Source: a virus. Taken from it: a DNA stretch of 64,000 nt. This document shows positions 40,023 through 50,906 of this stretch, piece by piece. The position numbers were made by a program, and so were the translations under genes. The DNA lies in the IMG/VR virus record IMGVR_UViG_3300042317_000390, positions 1-64,000 of that record. The stretch is one strand, 5' to 3'. Every line of letters starts with the position of its first letter. Position 1 is the stretch's first letter. Under the pieces are notes generated by a model. The model worked only from the letters and a program-made list of their open reading frames with translations. It was not told where the DNA came from and ran no database searches.

Positions 40023-40712
40023 ATGGCTACACCAGCTTCCGGTCAAATATCATTTTCGCAGATAGCACAAATTGTTTATAATAATGCCAGCGCTACAGTT
40101 TCTTTTAATGATACTGACGTTAGAAAGTTATTGAATACAACTACTGATCTTAGTACAATATCATTCAGCGTTGCTTATAGCAAACCAGTAGCTAATTCTT
40201 ATTCATATACATCTGCCGGAGATTACACTCTTTTAATTCTACCATATCAGAACATAGACGTTGATGCTCGTGGCGGAGGTCAGGGTGGTAATGGTGGAAC
40301 GGGTTCAGATACTTGTACTGGATGGTGTGGACAATTATGCTTCTTTAACTATTGCTGTAACGGCAGAGGCGGTGCTGCAGGTGATTCAGGTGGTGATAGT
40401 TATTTCAGAGGCGACGGTAAAGATATAACAGCATATGCTGGAACTTCAAGTGGTGCAGGTGGTGGTTATGGTGGATCTGTAACTACAGGCGGCGGTGGAG
40501 CCGGTGGCACTTTGGGTTACGGTTTCGGATGTACTGGTAGCAACGGTAGTGCTGGTAATCCTGGTGGTAGAGTTACAAAGACTTATACAAAAGGTTCCGA
40601 TGGACCAGGATACACTACTTCTATAGCCATAAGAGTTGGTGGTGGTGGAGCCGGTGGATATAACGCCGGTGGAACTGGTGGTTCTGGCGCTGTATATGTA
40701 TCAATAAGATAA
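40023..40712 (+). CDS. glycine-rich fibre-tip/adhesin-like protein
   Basis: MATPASGQIS..I N-terminus, polyglycine runs, GG.G.V.(V/I) end as in gp38-like adhesins. Confidence 0.65.
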   Translation: MATPASGQISFSQIAQIVYNNASATVSFNDTDVRKLLNTTTDLSTISFSVAYSKPVANSYSYTSAGDYTLLILPYQNIDVDARGGGQGGNGGTGSDTCTGWCGQLCFFNYCCNGRGGAAGDSGGDSYFRGDGKDITAYAGTSSGAGGGYGGSVTTGGGGAGGTLGYGFGCTGSNGSAGNPGGRVTKTYTKGSDGPGYTTSIAIRVGGGGAGGYNAGGTGGSGAVYVSIR

Positions 40713-40725
40713 TCGGAGAAATAAT

Positions 40726-41310
40726 ATGTCAGAACAACCATTATATCTTATGATTGATGAAGATGGTAAGCCAGCGTCTCATCCAATTATAGAACAAAAC
40801 CTAAGAGATATATTTGAAAATTTCTATGATAGAGATCCACCTAAAGGGTTTGTTAAGTTCGTAAAGACTCCCATGCCTCAGTTAGGGCCATACGAGAAAT
40901 ATGATTACTTGGAGTATGCTTATAGCCCAGAACTGTCAGAACAGTATAAACAACCAACTTGGCACGAAGTTCATCATATAGCTACAATAGAGAACGATGA
41001 ACGTAAGGATATTATCAAATCGTTTAAGAAACTAAATCCAGATCTTCAAGATTGGGTTTATGATGAAAACCTTAAATCACTAGTTCCACCAATTCCAAAG
41101 CCAGATGATGGTAAAGAATATCTATGGAACACAGACCATAAGGAGTGGATGGAAGCTAAGCCAGAAATGCACTTTGATAAAATGATAGAGGTTGCTAAAG
41201 AATTAGGTTATGATCTAGCAGCAGGTCTACATGGTAAGCCAAAAGGCGTAACTGAAGAAATGGTAAATGAGATCATTGCTCAGATACGAAAAGAAAATGT
41301 AAATGAGTGA
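40726..41310 (+). CDS. putative tail-fibre-associated protein
   Basis: W..DE....VPP.PKP.DGK.Y.W......W motif. Confidence 0.5.
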   Translation: MSEQPLYLMIDEDGKPASHPIIEQNLRDIFENFYDRDPPKGFVKFVKTPMPQLGPYEKYDYLEYAYSPELSEQYKQPTWHEVHHIATIENDERKDIIKSFKKLNPDLQDWVYDENLKSLVPPIPKPDDGKEYLWNTDHKEWMEAKPEMHFDKMIEVAKELGYDLAAGLHGKPKGVTEEMVNEIIAQIRKENVNE

Positions 41311-41866
41311 AGCGTTCAAGTTATTAGGAACGATTGAGGTTGACTCTTTAGTTGGTAAAGTTAATAAAATCATAGAGAAGGGTTGGGAGAGTTATTGCTA
41401 CGATCCTGGCCCTCCTTGGAATGAAATGAACAAGATACAATCTCTGGATATGATTTTTTTATTCACTTATCCAGAGATAGATAATATAATAATGCAGAAT
41501 ATGATAGTTAATGAAGAGTTACTTGAATTATTCGATGAAGATATAAAGTTAATCAATACAATATACAATAATCACTATCCCAATCAAGAGCCTAAGAGAA
41601 TCACTCTCAGTAACATGAGAGCGCATTCGGTTATTCCCGCTCATATAGATTACAAATATCATTATGAGAACACAACGAGGGTTCATATCCCTATCATTAC
41701 AAACAAAAATGTAGTATTCACTTTTCCTTCCGTTGACAAAACTTTACATATGAAAGCTGGAGAAGTTACTTTGTTTAATAATAATATTTTACATTCAGGC
41801 GTTAACGATTCAGATGAGAATAGAATTCATCTGATAATCGACTATGCCGGGGATGAATACATCTAA
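41303..41866 (+). CDS. 2OG-Fe(II) oxygenase, aspartyl/asparaginyl beta-hydroxylase family
   Basis: HxD (HID), RVHIPIITN, distal H in HSGVN, RIHLIID. Confidence 0.85.
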   Translation: MSEAFKLLGTIEVDSLVGKVNKIIEKGWESYCYDPGPPWNEMNKIQSLDMIFLFTYPEIDNIIMQNMIVNEELLELFDEDIKLINTIYNNHYPNQEPKRITLSNMRAHSVIPAHIDYKYHYENTTRVHIPIITNKNVVFTFPSVDKTLHMKAGEVTLFNNNILHSGVNDSDENRIHLIIDYAGDEYI

Positions 41867-42198
41867 AAACATCTAGCTTTGTTATTCGCTTTCCTTTATT
41901 ATAAAATTATAAAGGAGCATCCTATGCGTAATCTCACTATAACCAAGAAGATAAAATGCGAGTTTACTCCTAATCAATGGGAGTTACTCACTAATAAGTT
42001 TGACGATTCTGAACTTCGTCATGTTGTTAATGATCTAAACGAAGGTTTGGAGGTTTTGTTTAACAGCGGCGAGAGTAAAGCATTCACTCTAGGCGTTATG
42101 ATGGGCGAATTAAAAAAGTTTAAGCAGTATGGCGCTTATGACTCAGAGCCTATGTATTTTCTTGAGCGTGTCGTAAACGAAATCTATGGAGAATAACT

Positions 42199-42747
42199 AT
42201 GCCTAATTGGTGCTGGAATAGCGTAACCTTTACGCATAAAGATCCTGCTATGCTTCAACGCTTCGTTAAAGCGTCAGAGACAGGTATTCTTCAGGAGTTT
42301 GTTCCTTGCCCAGATGAACTCATAGAAGCAAAGGCAGACTTTACACCTAAACCAGATCTTATGGAGAAGTATGGTTATAACGACTGGTATGATTGGCGAT
42401 TAGCCAACTGGGGAACGAAGTGGGACTTTACTTGCGACGCAGAACTTAATGGAGATACTATCTCTACTGGGTTTGATACTGCTTGGGCACCGCCCATCGC
42501 AGCATATCGCACGTTAGAAGAAATGGGTTTCGAGATCGAAGCATACTACCACGAACCAGGTATGGGTTTCGCAGGTAAGTATGAGTTTGGCGAAGAAGAA
42601 TATTGTGAGTATGATTTCTCCGATGATAATTGGAGAGATACGATGTCCGATGATGTTGCAGATATGTTAGAGTCAGAGTATGACTTTTATCTGCAAATGA
42701 AGGCGGAAGAAGAAGCTGAAGAAGCTGAAGCGAAGAAGGAAGATTGA
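42199..42747 (+). CDS. DUF1281/YubB-like protein
   Basis: MPNWC.N, WYDWR..NWGTKWD, FDTAWAPP, Y.EPGM.F.G. Confidence 0.8.
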   Translation: MPNWCWNSVTFTHKDPAMLQRFVKASETGILQEFVPCPDELIEAKADFTPKPDLMEKYGYNDWYDWRLANWGTKWDFTCDAELNGDTISTGFDTAWAPPIAAYRTLEEMGFEIEAYYHEPGMGFAGKYEFGEEEYCEYDFSDDNWRDTMSDDVADMLESEYDFYLQMKAEEEAEEAEAKKED

Positions 42748-43111
42748 TATGGATATAGATGAAAAGACAGAAGCTATGCACGTTCTCATGGACAAAGCTT
42801 TTGAAGAGATTAGTAACACGTATCTTAAATTTGGCGAGTCAATGAAACCCTTTTACGAGGATGATCCGTTTCTTCATATCTATGCCACTTACAAGGGCAT
42901 GCAGACTATCTTTGCTAGAACAGAATCTGAAATGAAGAACGCAGTGAAAGAGAAGGTTGGTATTGACTATATCTCTATGTTCGATAAGCAATACGAAGAA
43001 GCCAAAGATGTGGATGGATTGACTCCTCAGTAACAAGATAGGTTAAGGTGGATAGTATTTACTTCCATCTGCCTTAACCTTATTATAAAATCGTCTAATA
43101 GGAGATTGACT

Positions 43112-43537
43112 ATGTCTACACGTTCAGCCATAGGTATTCTTAGTGACGATGGTAGAGTGCTTGCTATCTACTGTCACTGGGATGGTTATCTTTCCCATAA
43201 TGGAAAGATGCTACAGCATCACTATAACTCACTATCCAGAGCCAAGAAGTTATTGAGTTATGGTAATGCTAGTTTTATTGCTCCCGAATTAGGTCGTAAA
43301 CATAACTTCGACAAGGCATCTACGCATCATCCTGACTGGTGCTGTTTCTATGCTCGTGATCGAAACGAGACAGATCAGCAAGCCAAGTCGTTTGATACGA
43401 CTAAAGAGTTTGAAGATCATTACGACTGGTCTGAGTATTATTATCTGTTTACTAACGGTAAATGGGTATACAAACGATCAAGAGACGAGATATATCACGA
43501 TCTAGCAACTGCACTAAATCAAGTAGAAGCAGCTTAG
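43112..43537 (+). CDS. conserved phage early protein
   Basis: MSTRS.IG...IYCHWDGY....G..L...Y; EYYYLF. Confidence 0.7.
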   Translation: MSTRSAIGILSDDGRVLAIYCHWDGYLSHNGKMLQHHYNSLSRAKKLLSYGNASFIAPELGRKHNFDKASTHHPDWCCFYARDRNETDQQAKSFDTTKEFEDHYDWSEYYYLFTNGKWVYKRSRDEIYHDLATALNQVEAA

Positions 43538-43550
43538 ATCGGAGAATATC

Positions 43551-44312
43551 ATGACGCATGAAACGGATGAGGCGATTGAACGTCGCCTCAAAGAACGATT
43601 TGACGTTCTAGATCATATGACGGAAGCATCTATATTAGGTAGCGTCCGTTCATTCATAGTATCTGGTGCTCCAGGCTTGGGTAAAAGCTATAGCATCGAA
43701 AAAAAGCTAATGAAATATGATCCTGATAGACTAGCTCATACCATAGTCAAGGGACACGCTAAAGCTGGCGGTATATTTCCTATTCTATATGACTATCGTC
43801 ATGAGGGTCAAGTGGTTGTATTTGACGATGCTGACGGTATATTCGAGGATTCCGTATCTTTGAATATTCTAAAGACAGCTACCGATACAACTTCAACTAG
43901 ACACATTAGTTGGGCATCAAAGACAAAGTTCCTTGATAGCAACGATGAGGTTATACCACGTTCGTTCATCTACGAAGGAACTATTATTTTTCTAACCAAT
44001 CTAGACTTCAACGCCATAATAAGCTATGGTCATAAACTAGCACCACATCTTGAAGCTTTGATGTCTCGTAGTTATTATATTGATATGACTATGCGGACTC
44101 AGCAAGAGTGTTTGGTTAGAATAAGACAGGTAATCAAGGAAGGTTTGCTAGACGATCTGTCCGGTAATGAGATGATTGATGTGGTGACCTTCATTGAGAC
44201 CAACTATGCGACCATGCGCGAGTTATCATTACGTAGTGTAGTCAAGCTTGTTAACTTGCGTAAGAGTTCGCCAGATTGGTATTCAATCGCTAAGATTAGC
44301 TTATGCAAATAG
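43551..44312 (+). CDS. AAA+ family ATPase
   Basis: Walker A GAPGLGKS, Walker B VVVFDDAD, IIFLTN, AL.SR. Confidence 0.8.
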   Translation: MTHETDEAIERRLKERFDVLDHMTEASILGSVRSFIVSGAPGLGKSYSIEKKLMKYDPDRLAHTIVKGHAKAGGIFPILYDYRHEGQVVVFDDADGIFEDSVSLNILKTATDTTSTRHISWASKTKFLDSNDEVIPRSFIYEGTIIFLTNLDFNAIISYGHKLAPHLEALMSRSYYIDMTMRTQQECLVRIRQVIKEGLLDDLSGNEMIDVVTFIETNYATMRELSLRSVVKLVNLRKSSPDWYSIAKISLCK

Positions 44313-44321
44313 GAGATTGGT

Positions 44322-44759
44322 ATGGATTGTTATATTGTAGATATAGATGGGACGATAGCTAATACCGAGCATCGCATCCATTACATTACTAACGGTCATA
44401 AAGACTGGAAGTCATGGCATGCTAACGCTCATAAAGATGAGCCTATTGATGAAGTAGTTCAGATTCTTGACTTAGCTTCTGCTGCTGGTATTAAGATTGT
44501 TCTATGCACTGCTAGAGACGAAAAGTGTAGAGAAGATACGCTTAAATGGTTAGATGACAATGATATTCCATTCGACGCACTGTATATGCGTAAACAGTGG
44601 GATCGTCGTGACGATGACATCGTTAAGTTTGAATTACTAGAGCAGATCTATGAAGCAGGTTACAATCCTATCTTGGTATTGGAAGATCGTAACCGTGTAG
44701 TTAAGATGTGGCGGTCAGCGGGTCTGCGTTGCCTACAGGTGGCTGACGGCGACTTTTAG
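44322..44759 (+). CDS. HAD-family phosphatase (PNK 3'-phosphatase domain-like)
   Basis: DIDGT, TAR, LYMR...D.R.D..VK, EDR..VV.MWR..G..C.QVA.GDF. Confidence 0.85.
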   Translation: MDCYIVDIDGTIANTEHRIHYITNGHKDWKSWHANAHKDEPIDEVVQILDLASAAGIKIVLCTARDEKCREDTLKWLDDNDIPFDALYMRKQWDRRDDDIVKFELLEQIYEAGYNPILVLEDRNRVVKMWRSAGLRCLQVADGDF

Positions 44760-46269
44760 CTTTTAATGTTACGGTGTATTAGTTATAATTAAAATATAAC
44801 TAAAGGAGAGTCGTCATGTTCAACTGGCTTTTTGGTAAGAACTACGAAGTTGAAATCGCTGATCTTAACCGTGTGATTACTAGCTTACAGAAGCAGGTTA
44901 ATAACATGGAGAAGCTGCTCAATGACATTGATGTTCCGAGTGAGGTTGAGACAGCTATCTCCAACGCCGATATTGATAGCTTGGCTGAGAACGCTCTCGA
45001 AGAAGCTATGAATCGTGCTACCATTCGGTTCCGTTACTAATAGGAGCCTAACATGATCTACGATGAGGTTATGACTCAATTAGATAGGTCAACCAGAGAG
45101 ATAGTAGACGGCCAGAGTAAACCATATGCTTATGCTCTTGGTTATACTCAGTCTATGCTTGCTCGTATTATATCCGTGCATGTTCCTAAGTCTAAACATA
45201 AGAAGATTATAGAACAACTGAAAGAAGAAGTGGAAACTATACAACGTGCTACGAGAACTTAAGTATGCGTGGTGGTTATTACTCCCTATAGCCTCACTCT
45301 ATCTAGCAATCAACTATACTGGAGACTACAATGCTGACGAAAGAGATCATCTTCGAAGATTTCAGAAAACTGAAGACTTCTGAGGAGAAAGTGAACTATC
45401 TTCGCTGGCTTCAGGATCAGAAGACAGGACTACAGATCAACTATGATAAGTTGATTGAGTATTGGTCTAACCAGAAGTAACAGTTAGTATGTTACTCTTG
45501 ATTACGTTATTATAATAATATAACGTAAGGAGAACATTATGCAACGAGCAATGATTCACGAACGAGACTACGACCAAGCATCATCTGTTGTCGGTTATGA
45601 TATCGACATCAAGTGGCGTGAGGGTCATTTCGTTCTGATTAACTTAACTGACGCTGAGATCGAAGCCATTGCTCGTGCCAGCATCTGGGTGGAGGAATAA
45701 TATGTATCAGTATTATGCTATTCTTCGTGATAACGAGTATATCCTTTCCACTGTTAAGCGTTACGATAAGGACGCAGAGCAGCATATCAATCGTCAGTTG
45801 ATGCTATGGGGTCATCATTATCCTAATAGCAATCTTCGTGTTATTAAACTCAGGAAGCGTGCTGACGCTACCGATAACACTGCTTGGGTGGAGGCTTAAG
45901 ATGGGCTCTAGTAACTTCTATCACGTTTCGTCTGCTAACGACGCCAAACAGGCGTTCACTAAAGCACGTGACGAAGCACTATACGATCACGGACACTCTG
46001 GCTATTCAGGAACGATAGCAGAGAAAGGTAAATTTGTTATCATCCCAGTCCCACAAGGAACTAATCCATACGACTATGCTAATAAACTAATGGAAGAAGA
46101 TGACCCACGTATCTCTGATAAATGGGGTCCAGCTGGTTGTATTGAGGTAGAGAAGGGTAAGTATCTGTTTTTCGGTTGGGCTTCCAGCTAAAAAACAATT
46201 TTACTTTTCTTCTGCTTTAGAGTAGAGTCGTTGGGTAGCTACGAAGGCCATAACAATAGGAGTTCTCCA

Positions 46270-46563
46270 ATGGCTTTGAAGACTAAGGTAAAGTTTGTCG
46301 CTGAAATGGTTCGGGACAATCCTGAGAGCAGCCGTGAGACGATCATCAATAAGATCGCTCGTCATCCGATTGCTTACCGTGGTAAGAAGTTCACGAAGCG
46401 CACTGCGGCTCGTTATTATTGGTATGTTACGACCAAGATGGATCAGACGACCAATAAGAACTCACGCCTGGTTTCGTTGTATTTCCGTAAGAACACTGAC
46501 AAGTATGAGCGTCTTGCTTATGCTATCAATGTCCTCACGAAGGCTGGCATCCTGAACGACTAA
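46270..46563 (+). CDS. basic putative DNA-binding early protein
   Basis: own TTTACT-N17-TAGAGT promoter (46200-46228), AGGAG RBS and terminator. Confidence 0.55.
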   Translation: MALKTKVKFVAEMVRDNPESSRETIINKIARHPIAYRGKKFTKRTAARYYWYVTTKMDQTTNKNSRLVSLYFRKNTDKYERLAYAINVLTKAGILND

Positions 46564-46596
46564 TACAAGGCGTTCATTGTTTCTCCCTGAGACTTG

Positions 46597-46630
46597 ACGG
46601 CTCGACTTAACGGTTGAGCCGTTCTTTTTT
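46597..46630 (+). terminator. intrinsic terminator
   Basis: ACGGCTCGAC/GTTGAGCCGT stem followed by TCTTTTTT. Confidence 0.85.
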
Positions 46631-46686
46631 CTCTTTAATGTTACTCTTGATTCCTTTATTATTATAATATAGAAAAGGAGAGTGTC

Positions 46687-47094
46687 ATGGGACTAGATAT
46701 GTCGCTTTATGGTGAGATCCATAACTACGGTATTGGTGATGATAAGCCTATGCTTGACGGTTATCCTCTAACAAAGCAAACAGTTGAGCTTTCGTATTGG
46801 CGTAAGCATCCCAACCTTCACGGTTATATCGTAAACACCTTCGCTGGTGGCGAAGATGAGTGTCAGCGTATTGAACTAGTTGATAGTGACCTAGAAAATA
46901 TCATCGAAGCTATCAAAAATGATAAGCTACCGTTCACTGAAGGTTTCTTCTTCGGTCGTTCACCTCAGAAGGGCGAATCAGAATACGAAGAAATGAAAGA
47001 GTATGATCTTGAAGTATTCAGGAAAGCACGTAAGTGGCTTGCTACGCATAACGACAAACAGTTTCGGAGTGTAGTATATCAATCTTCTTGGTAA
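46687..47094 (+). CDS. conserved phage early protein
   Basis: MGLDM, YWRKH..LHG, LP.T.GFFFG, Y..SW motifs. Confidence 0.7.
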   Translation: MGLDMSLYGEIHNYGIGDDKPMLDGYPLTKQTVELSYWRKHPNLHGYIVNTFAGGEDECQRIELVDSDLENIIEAIKNDKLPFTEGFFFGRSPQKGESEYEEMKEYDLEVFRKARKWLATHNDKQFRSVVYQSSW

Positions 47095-47808
47095 TAGGAG
47101 AGCGACATGGCTTGTCAGGGTGGAACTGTTAGAATGGTTAAGCCCTACCAAATTATTCATCGCGCAGCATTCGTGCGTGGGTTTAAGGAGGTATTGAATG
47201 GCATCCCGATGGACTACGATGTTTATTGTGACGAACGTAGAGATCGTGAGAGCTATGAGCGTGGTCGTCTATTTGGTATGGTATACCGAGGACCATTGAA
47301 AGATGGTAAGATAGTAACATACCAAGCTCAAGTAGCATTGAATGATGCTTTCAATATGGGAGCAGTGATATGACTTTCGATGAAGTTCTCAAGGTCTTGC
47401 GTAATAGTGAGATTGATGATAGAGTGAAATTCACTCATGGCGACATGGCTGGATACTTTGTCAAGAGTTTATATGGTGAGTTTATCTATCATTTTGATGG
47501 TCGGTCATCAGAATATGTAAACTTCTTCCTATCTGACTTTGATCGTGACGATTGGGAGATATTACCCTGATCGAATGTTTCCCTTATAATAAAGAATAAG
47601 GAGAATTATGATGGCTATCAAACGTATCATCGTTGAAGTTGAAGGTGGCGTAGTCCAGACCGTATATGGCGATAAGCTGCCGGACAACATTGAACTCGAC
47701 GTTGTCGTTAGAGACTGGGATAACATCAAAGCTGGTGACCCAGATCCTCTCGCCGAGGAAGAGCAGAAAGAATCTGACTCAATGATTACCTATTGGTAGG
47801 AGACTATT

Positions 47809-48327
47809 ATGAATAAGGACACTATCATCGCCGCTCTCAAGCTTAGTCCTCATACTATTATCTTTAAGAAGATGGATGGGACTATTCGTAAAATGCGTTG
47901 CACTCTTGATCCTTTTAGCGTTAAGGATCAGCCAGAGCAGCGTGTTCCCGAGAATGTTATCGCTTGGGACTTAGACGCCGATGACTGGCGACAGTTCCGT
48001 GCTTCTAACGTCCAGACGATGATCGGAGACTGTAATAGCGTTGATGCGATCAAGAAGGATATACAGTCTCGTGTATACAAGACTTGGATAATGCTTGTTA
48101 ATAAAGAAGCAGATCGGCTATCCAAGGCATACGATGACTTCAATCGTGTTATGACTAGTATGGACGATGATGTTCTCAACTATATCATCTTCTGGAACAA
48201 CGGATTTAGCGGAGCAAGTGAGTGCGACGTAGCGCATATGGCTCGTCGTGAACTAGCGGCTCGTGGTAAACCATATAACGACGAACTATCCAGCGCTCTC
48301 AATGAGCTTCTTGAGGATTATCATTAA
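47809..48327 (+). CDS. WYL_2/SH3-like beta-barrel protein
   Basis: F.K.DG..R.M.CTL...WD.....WR.FR. Confidence 0.7.
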   Translation: MNKDTIIAALKLSPHTIIFKKMDGTIRKMRCTLDPFSVKDQPEQRVPENVIAWDLDADDWRQFRASNVQTMIGDCNSVDAIKKDIQSRVYKTWIMLVNKEADRLSKAYDDFNRVMTSMDDDVLNYIIFWNNGFSGASECDVAHMARRELAARGKPYNDELSSALNELLEDYH

Positions 48328-48959
48328 TAAAATATTTACTTTTCACTCTGTATTAGATATAATATAAGAGTAAAAGTAAATGCTTCACTCCAATCGGAGG
48401 TTATCATGCGTTACGTTATCATGTCTACTTCAGAGATCATCCTGTGGCTTATGTTCTTCTTTGTTATGGGTAGAACATTAGCTGTTTGGGTATCATAGGA
48501 GGTTTAATGCTAGAAGGTGTTATGTATTATATGGCTGTGATTGAATTAATCACCCTAGCGTTAGTCTTTTGGCTCATATACATGTCGAACTTTGGGGTAT
48601 AATATGGGCTATTATCGTAACGCTACAGCTGAGAGAAGCAAGCGTATGGCTGAGTTATATGATAAGGGTTATACCACCACTGAGATCGCAGAGCGATTTG
48701 GTATAACCAGTGGTCATATAAAGAGGACTATTAACAATTACAAAAGGAAGCTTGAGAATGAAAAAGCTAAAGGATGTGTTCTTCAAGGTCAATGATAACG
48801 TCTCCATTTACCGTTATGATAACGGGTTTATGGTAGAGATTGGTGGTCGTGACCTATCGGATGAGTGGATCAACAAGAAGTTCGTGGCTAACACTCTGGA
48901 TGAGGTTATTGAGGTCATCAAGGACTATAATACTCTCCCTCTGGCCGAATAACAACCAT

Positions 48960-48983
48960 GGTGGCTTCGGTCACCCTTTTTTT
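48960..48983 (+). terminator. intrinsic terminator with cUUCGg loop
   Basis: GGTGGC-TTCG-GTCACC-CTTTTTTT. Confidence 0.85.
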
Positions 48984-49526
48984 ATCTTTACTGTTAGCTA
49001 TGTTTTCTTTATAATAAGAAAATAGAGAAAGGAGATCGTCATGACTAACTGGAGATATACACTTCATATCAAGGATGCGTTCGTTGATAACGCCGATGAG
49101 CTTAACGAAGAGCAGGTCATTGCGTTAGCACAGACGCTAACAGGTCGCCTTAAAGCATTCGTATCTAAACTCAGTGCTAACGCTGACTTGCGTTATGAGA
49201 TAGAGGACGTAGCTTGGGAAATGTCTAACTGCACTACAGTTGAAGAGATTGACGAGGCTCTATATCTCATGTATGATGTATGCGACGCTAATCGTGTCTG
49301 GGTTAAGTAGGAGACGGTCATGATTAAGACTACCAGAGAGCAGCGACTAGCTATTCATCGTCTATGGTTACGTGCTCGTGATCCTAGCCAGAACTTACCG
49401 ACATCAGCTACATACCGTCAATTTCGTCGTCGCATTCATGCTGGTTACGACTGTATTATGATTAATATATGGGGTATGTGGATCGGTATTGAGAAAGACG
49501 GATACACTCATTCTTAGGAGACTGCT

Positions 49527-49931
49527 ATGACTATGCCTGCCGGTGAATATTATATTGGCGACCTATGTTACGTTATGCATGACGAGTGGGACGAGGTTTG
49601 TGGTTTTATTTGTGATCATGAACGTGGTTCTGCTATCGAAGGCGAGTTCACTCTTAAGGATGGTCGTCGCTTCGCTGTATATAACACTGCCTACGGTGAC
49701 GGTGTATATTATGATCAACACGATAACGATTATGGCGTCGATGCCGGTGTTATCGGTTGTATTCGCACGGCAGATATATCCGAATCAGATAAGGAAAATA
49801 TTCCTGACGGTCACGTTCATCTGTTCGAGAAAGAGTTTCCCACCTATACCGATGGCGGCAAATTGTATTTCGGTGATGTAGTTATTGATACCGACCCTGA
49901 CTATGAGGAGGAATACGATGACGAAGCCTAA
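49527..49931 (+). CDS. conserved phage protein
   Basis: G.YYIGDLCYV, TAYGDG.Y, VDAG.IG motifs. Confidence 0.65.
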   Translation: MTMPAGEYYIGDLCYVMHDEWDEVCGFICDHERGSAIEGEFTLKDGRRFAVYNTAYGDGVYYDQHDNDYGVDAGVIGCIRTADISESDKENIPDGHVHLFEKEFPTYTDGGKLYFGDVVIDTDPDYEEEYDDEA

Positions 49932-50186
49932 GACATATGAGAACCTCTCATCTATCACCAAGATCAAGCGTCGTAATGCGGCTTTAGCTGATCCTAAAGA
50001 AACAACTAGTCGTATCAACAACATCGTCGCTCGTGCTACGTTTAACAATCCTGTTAGTGTATTAGCACTAGGTAAATGCTCTGAGTTTGCTCGTCATTGC
50101 CTCATGCTAGGCGCTTCCGATGACGATGCTATTCAAGCAACTCACAAGTATATTCAACAACTCAACGGCGTTCAGGTAGGCTAATC

Positions 50187-50906
50187 ATGTTTAAGAACCA
50201 GAAACTGACAGAATCTCAAGTCATAGAGATTATGAAGAATGAAACCGATAGCGTCTCTGAGATAGCAAACCAATATGGCGTTCACCGAGAGACTATTCGC
50301 AAGATATTCAACGGATCGTGTTGGGGTCATCTTAAATATCATATGGCGGGACATGATCGTAATAAAGCGAAACATAGAAAACTAAAAGAACACGAAGTCA
50401 TTGAGATATTACAGAACGTAGATATGAGTTGCGCTCAATTAGCCGCTCGTTATCATGTTCACGAAGATACCATTCGTTGCATTATAAAAGGCACTCGTTG
50501 GAATCGTTTACATCACCTCAAGAATCCAAACAGACCCAATGATTGGACTCGCCGTAAACTAACTGAAGATGTAGTTAGAGCTATCAAGAACTTTGAGGTT
50601 GATGACTTCGATGCTCTTGCTAAGGAATACGGAGTGTCTGTTAGATACCTAAAACAGTTTCGCAATCCAAACTTCCTTTGTGGTTGGAAATACATTCCAG
50701 TCAAGGGATATGAGGATGTGAACAACCTTCCACCCAAAAAGACAAATAAACTAAGCAAGAGCGATGTTATTGCTATCTATACAAACAGAACAACTAAACC
50801 AACTATTCTTGCTAGGAAATATAATGTATGCCCATCAACTATCTATGATATTCTTTCCGGCAAGAAAAGAACAGACATCACGTCTAATATACAACTAGAA
50901 TGTTAG
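50187..50906 (+). CDS. protein of four tandem helix-turn-helix repeats
   Basis: four KL(T/K/S)...V..I...(I/L)A..Y.V....(I/L) repeats; no nuclease motif. Confidence 0.75.
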   Translation: MFKNQKLTESQVIEIMKNETDSVSEIANQYGVHRETIRKIFNGSCWGHLKYHMAGHDRNKAKHRKLKEHEVIEILQNVDMSCAQLAARYHVHEDTIRCIIKGTRWNRLHHLKNPNRPNDWTRRKLTEDVVRAIKNFEVDDFDALAKEYGVSVRYLKQFRNPNFLCGWKYIPVKGYEDVNNLPPKKTNKLSKSDVIAIYTNRTTKPTILARKYNVCPSTIYDILSGKKRTDITSNIQLEC

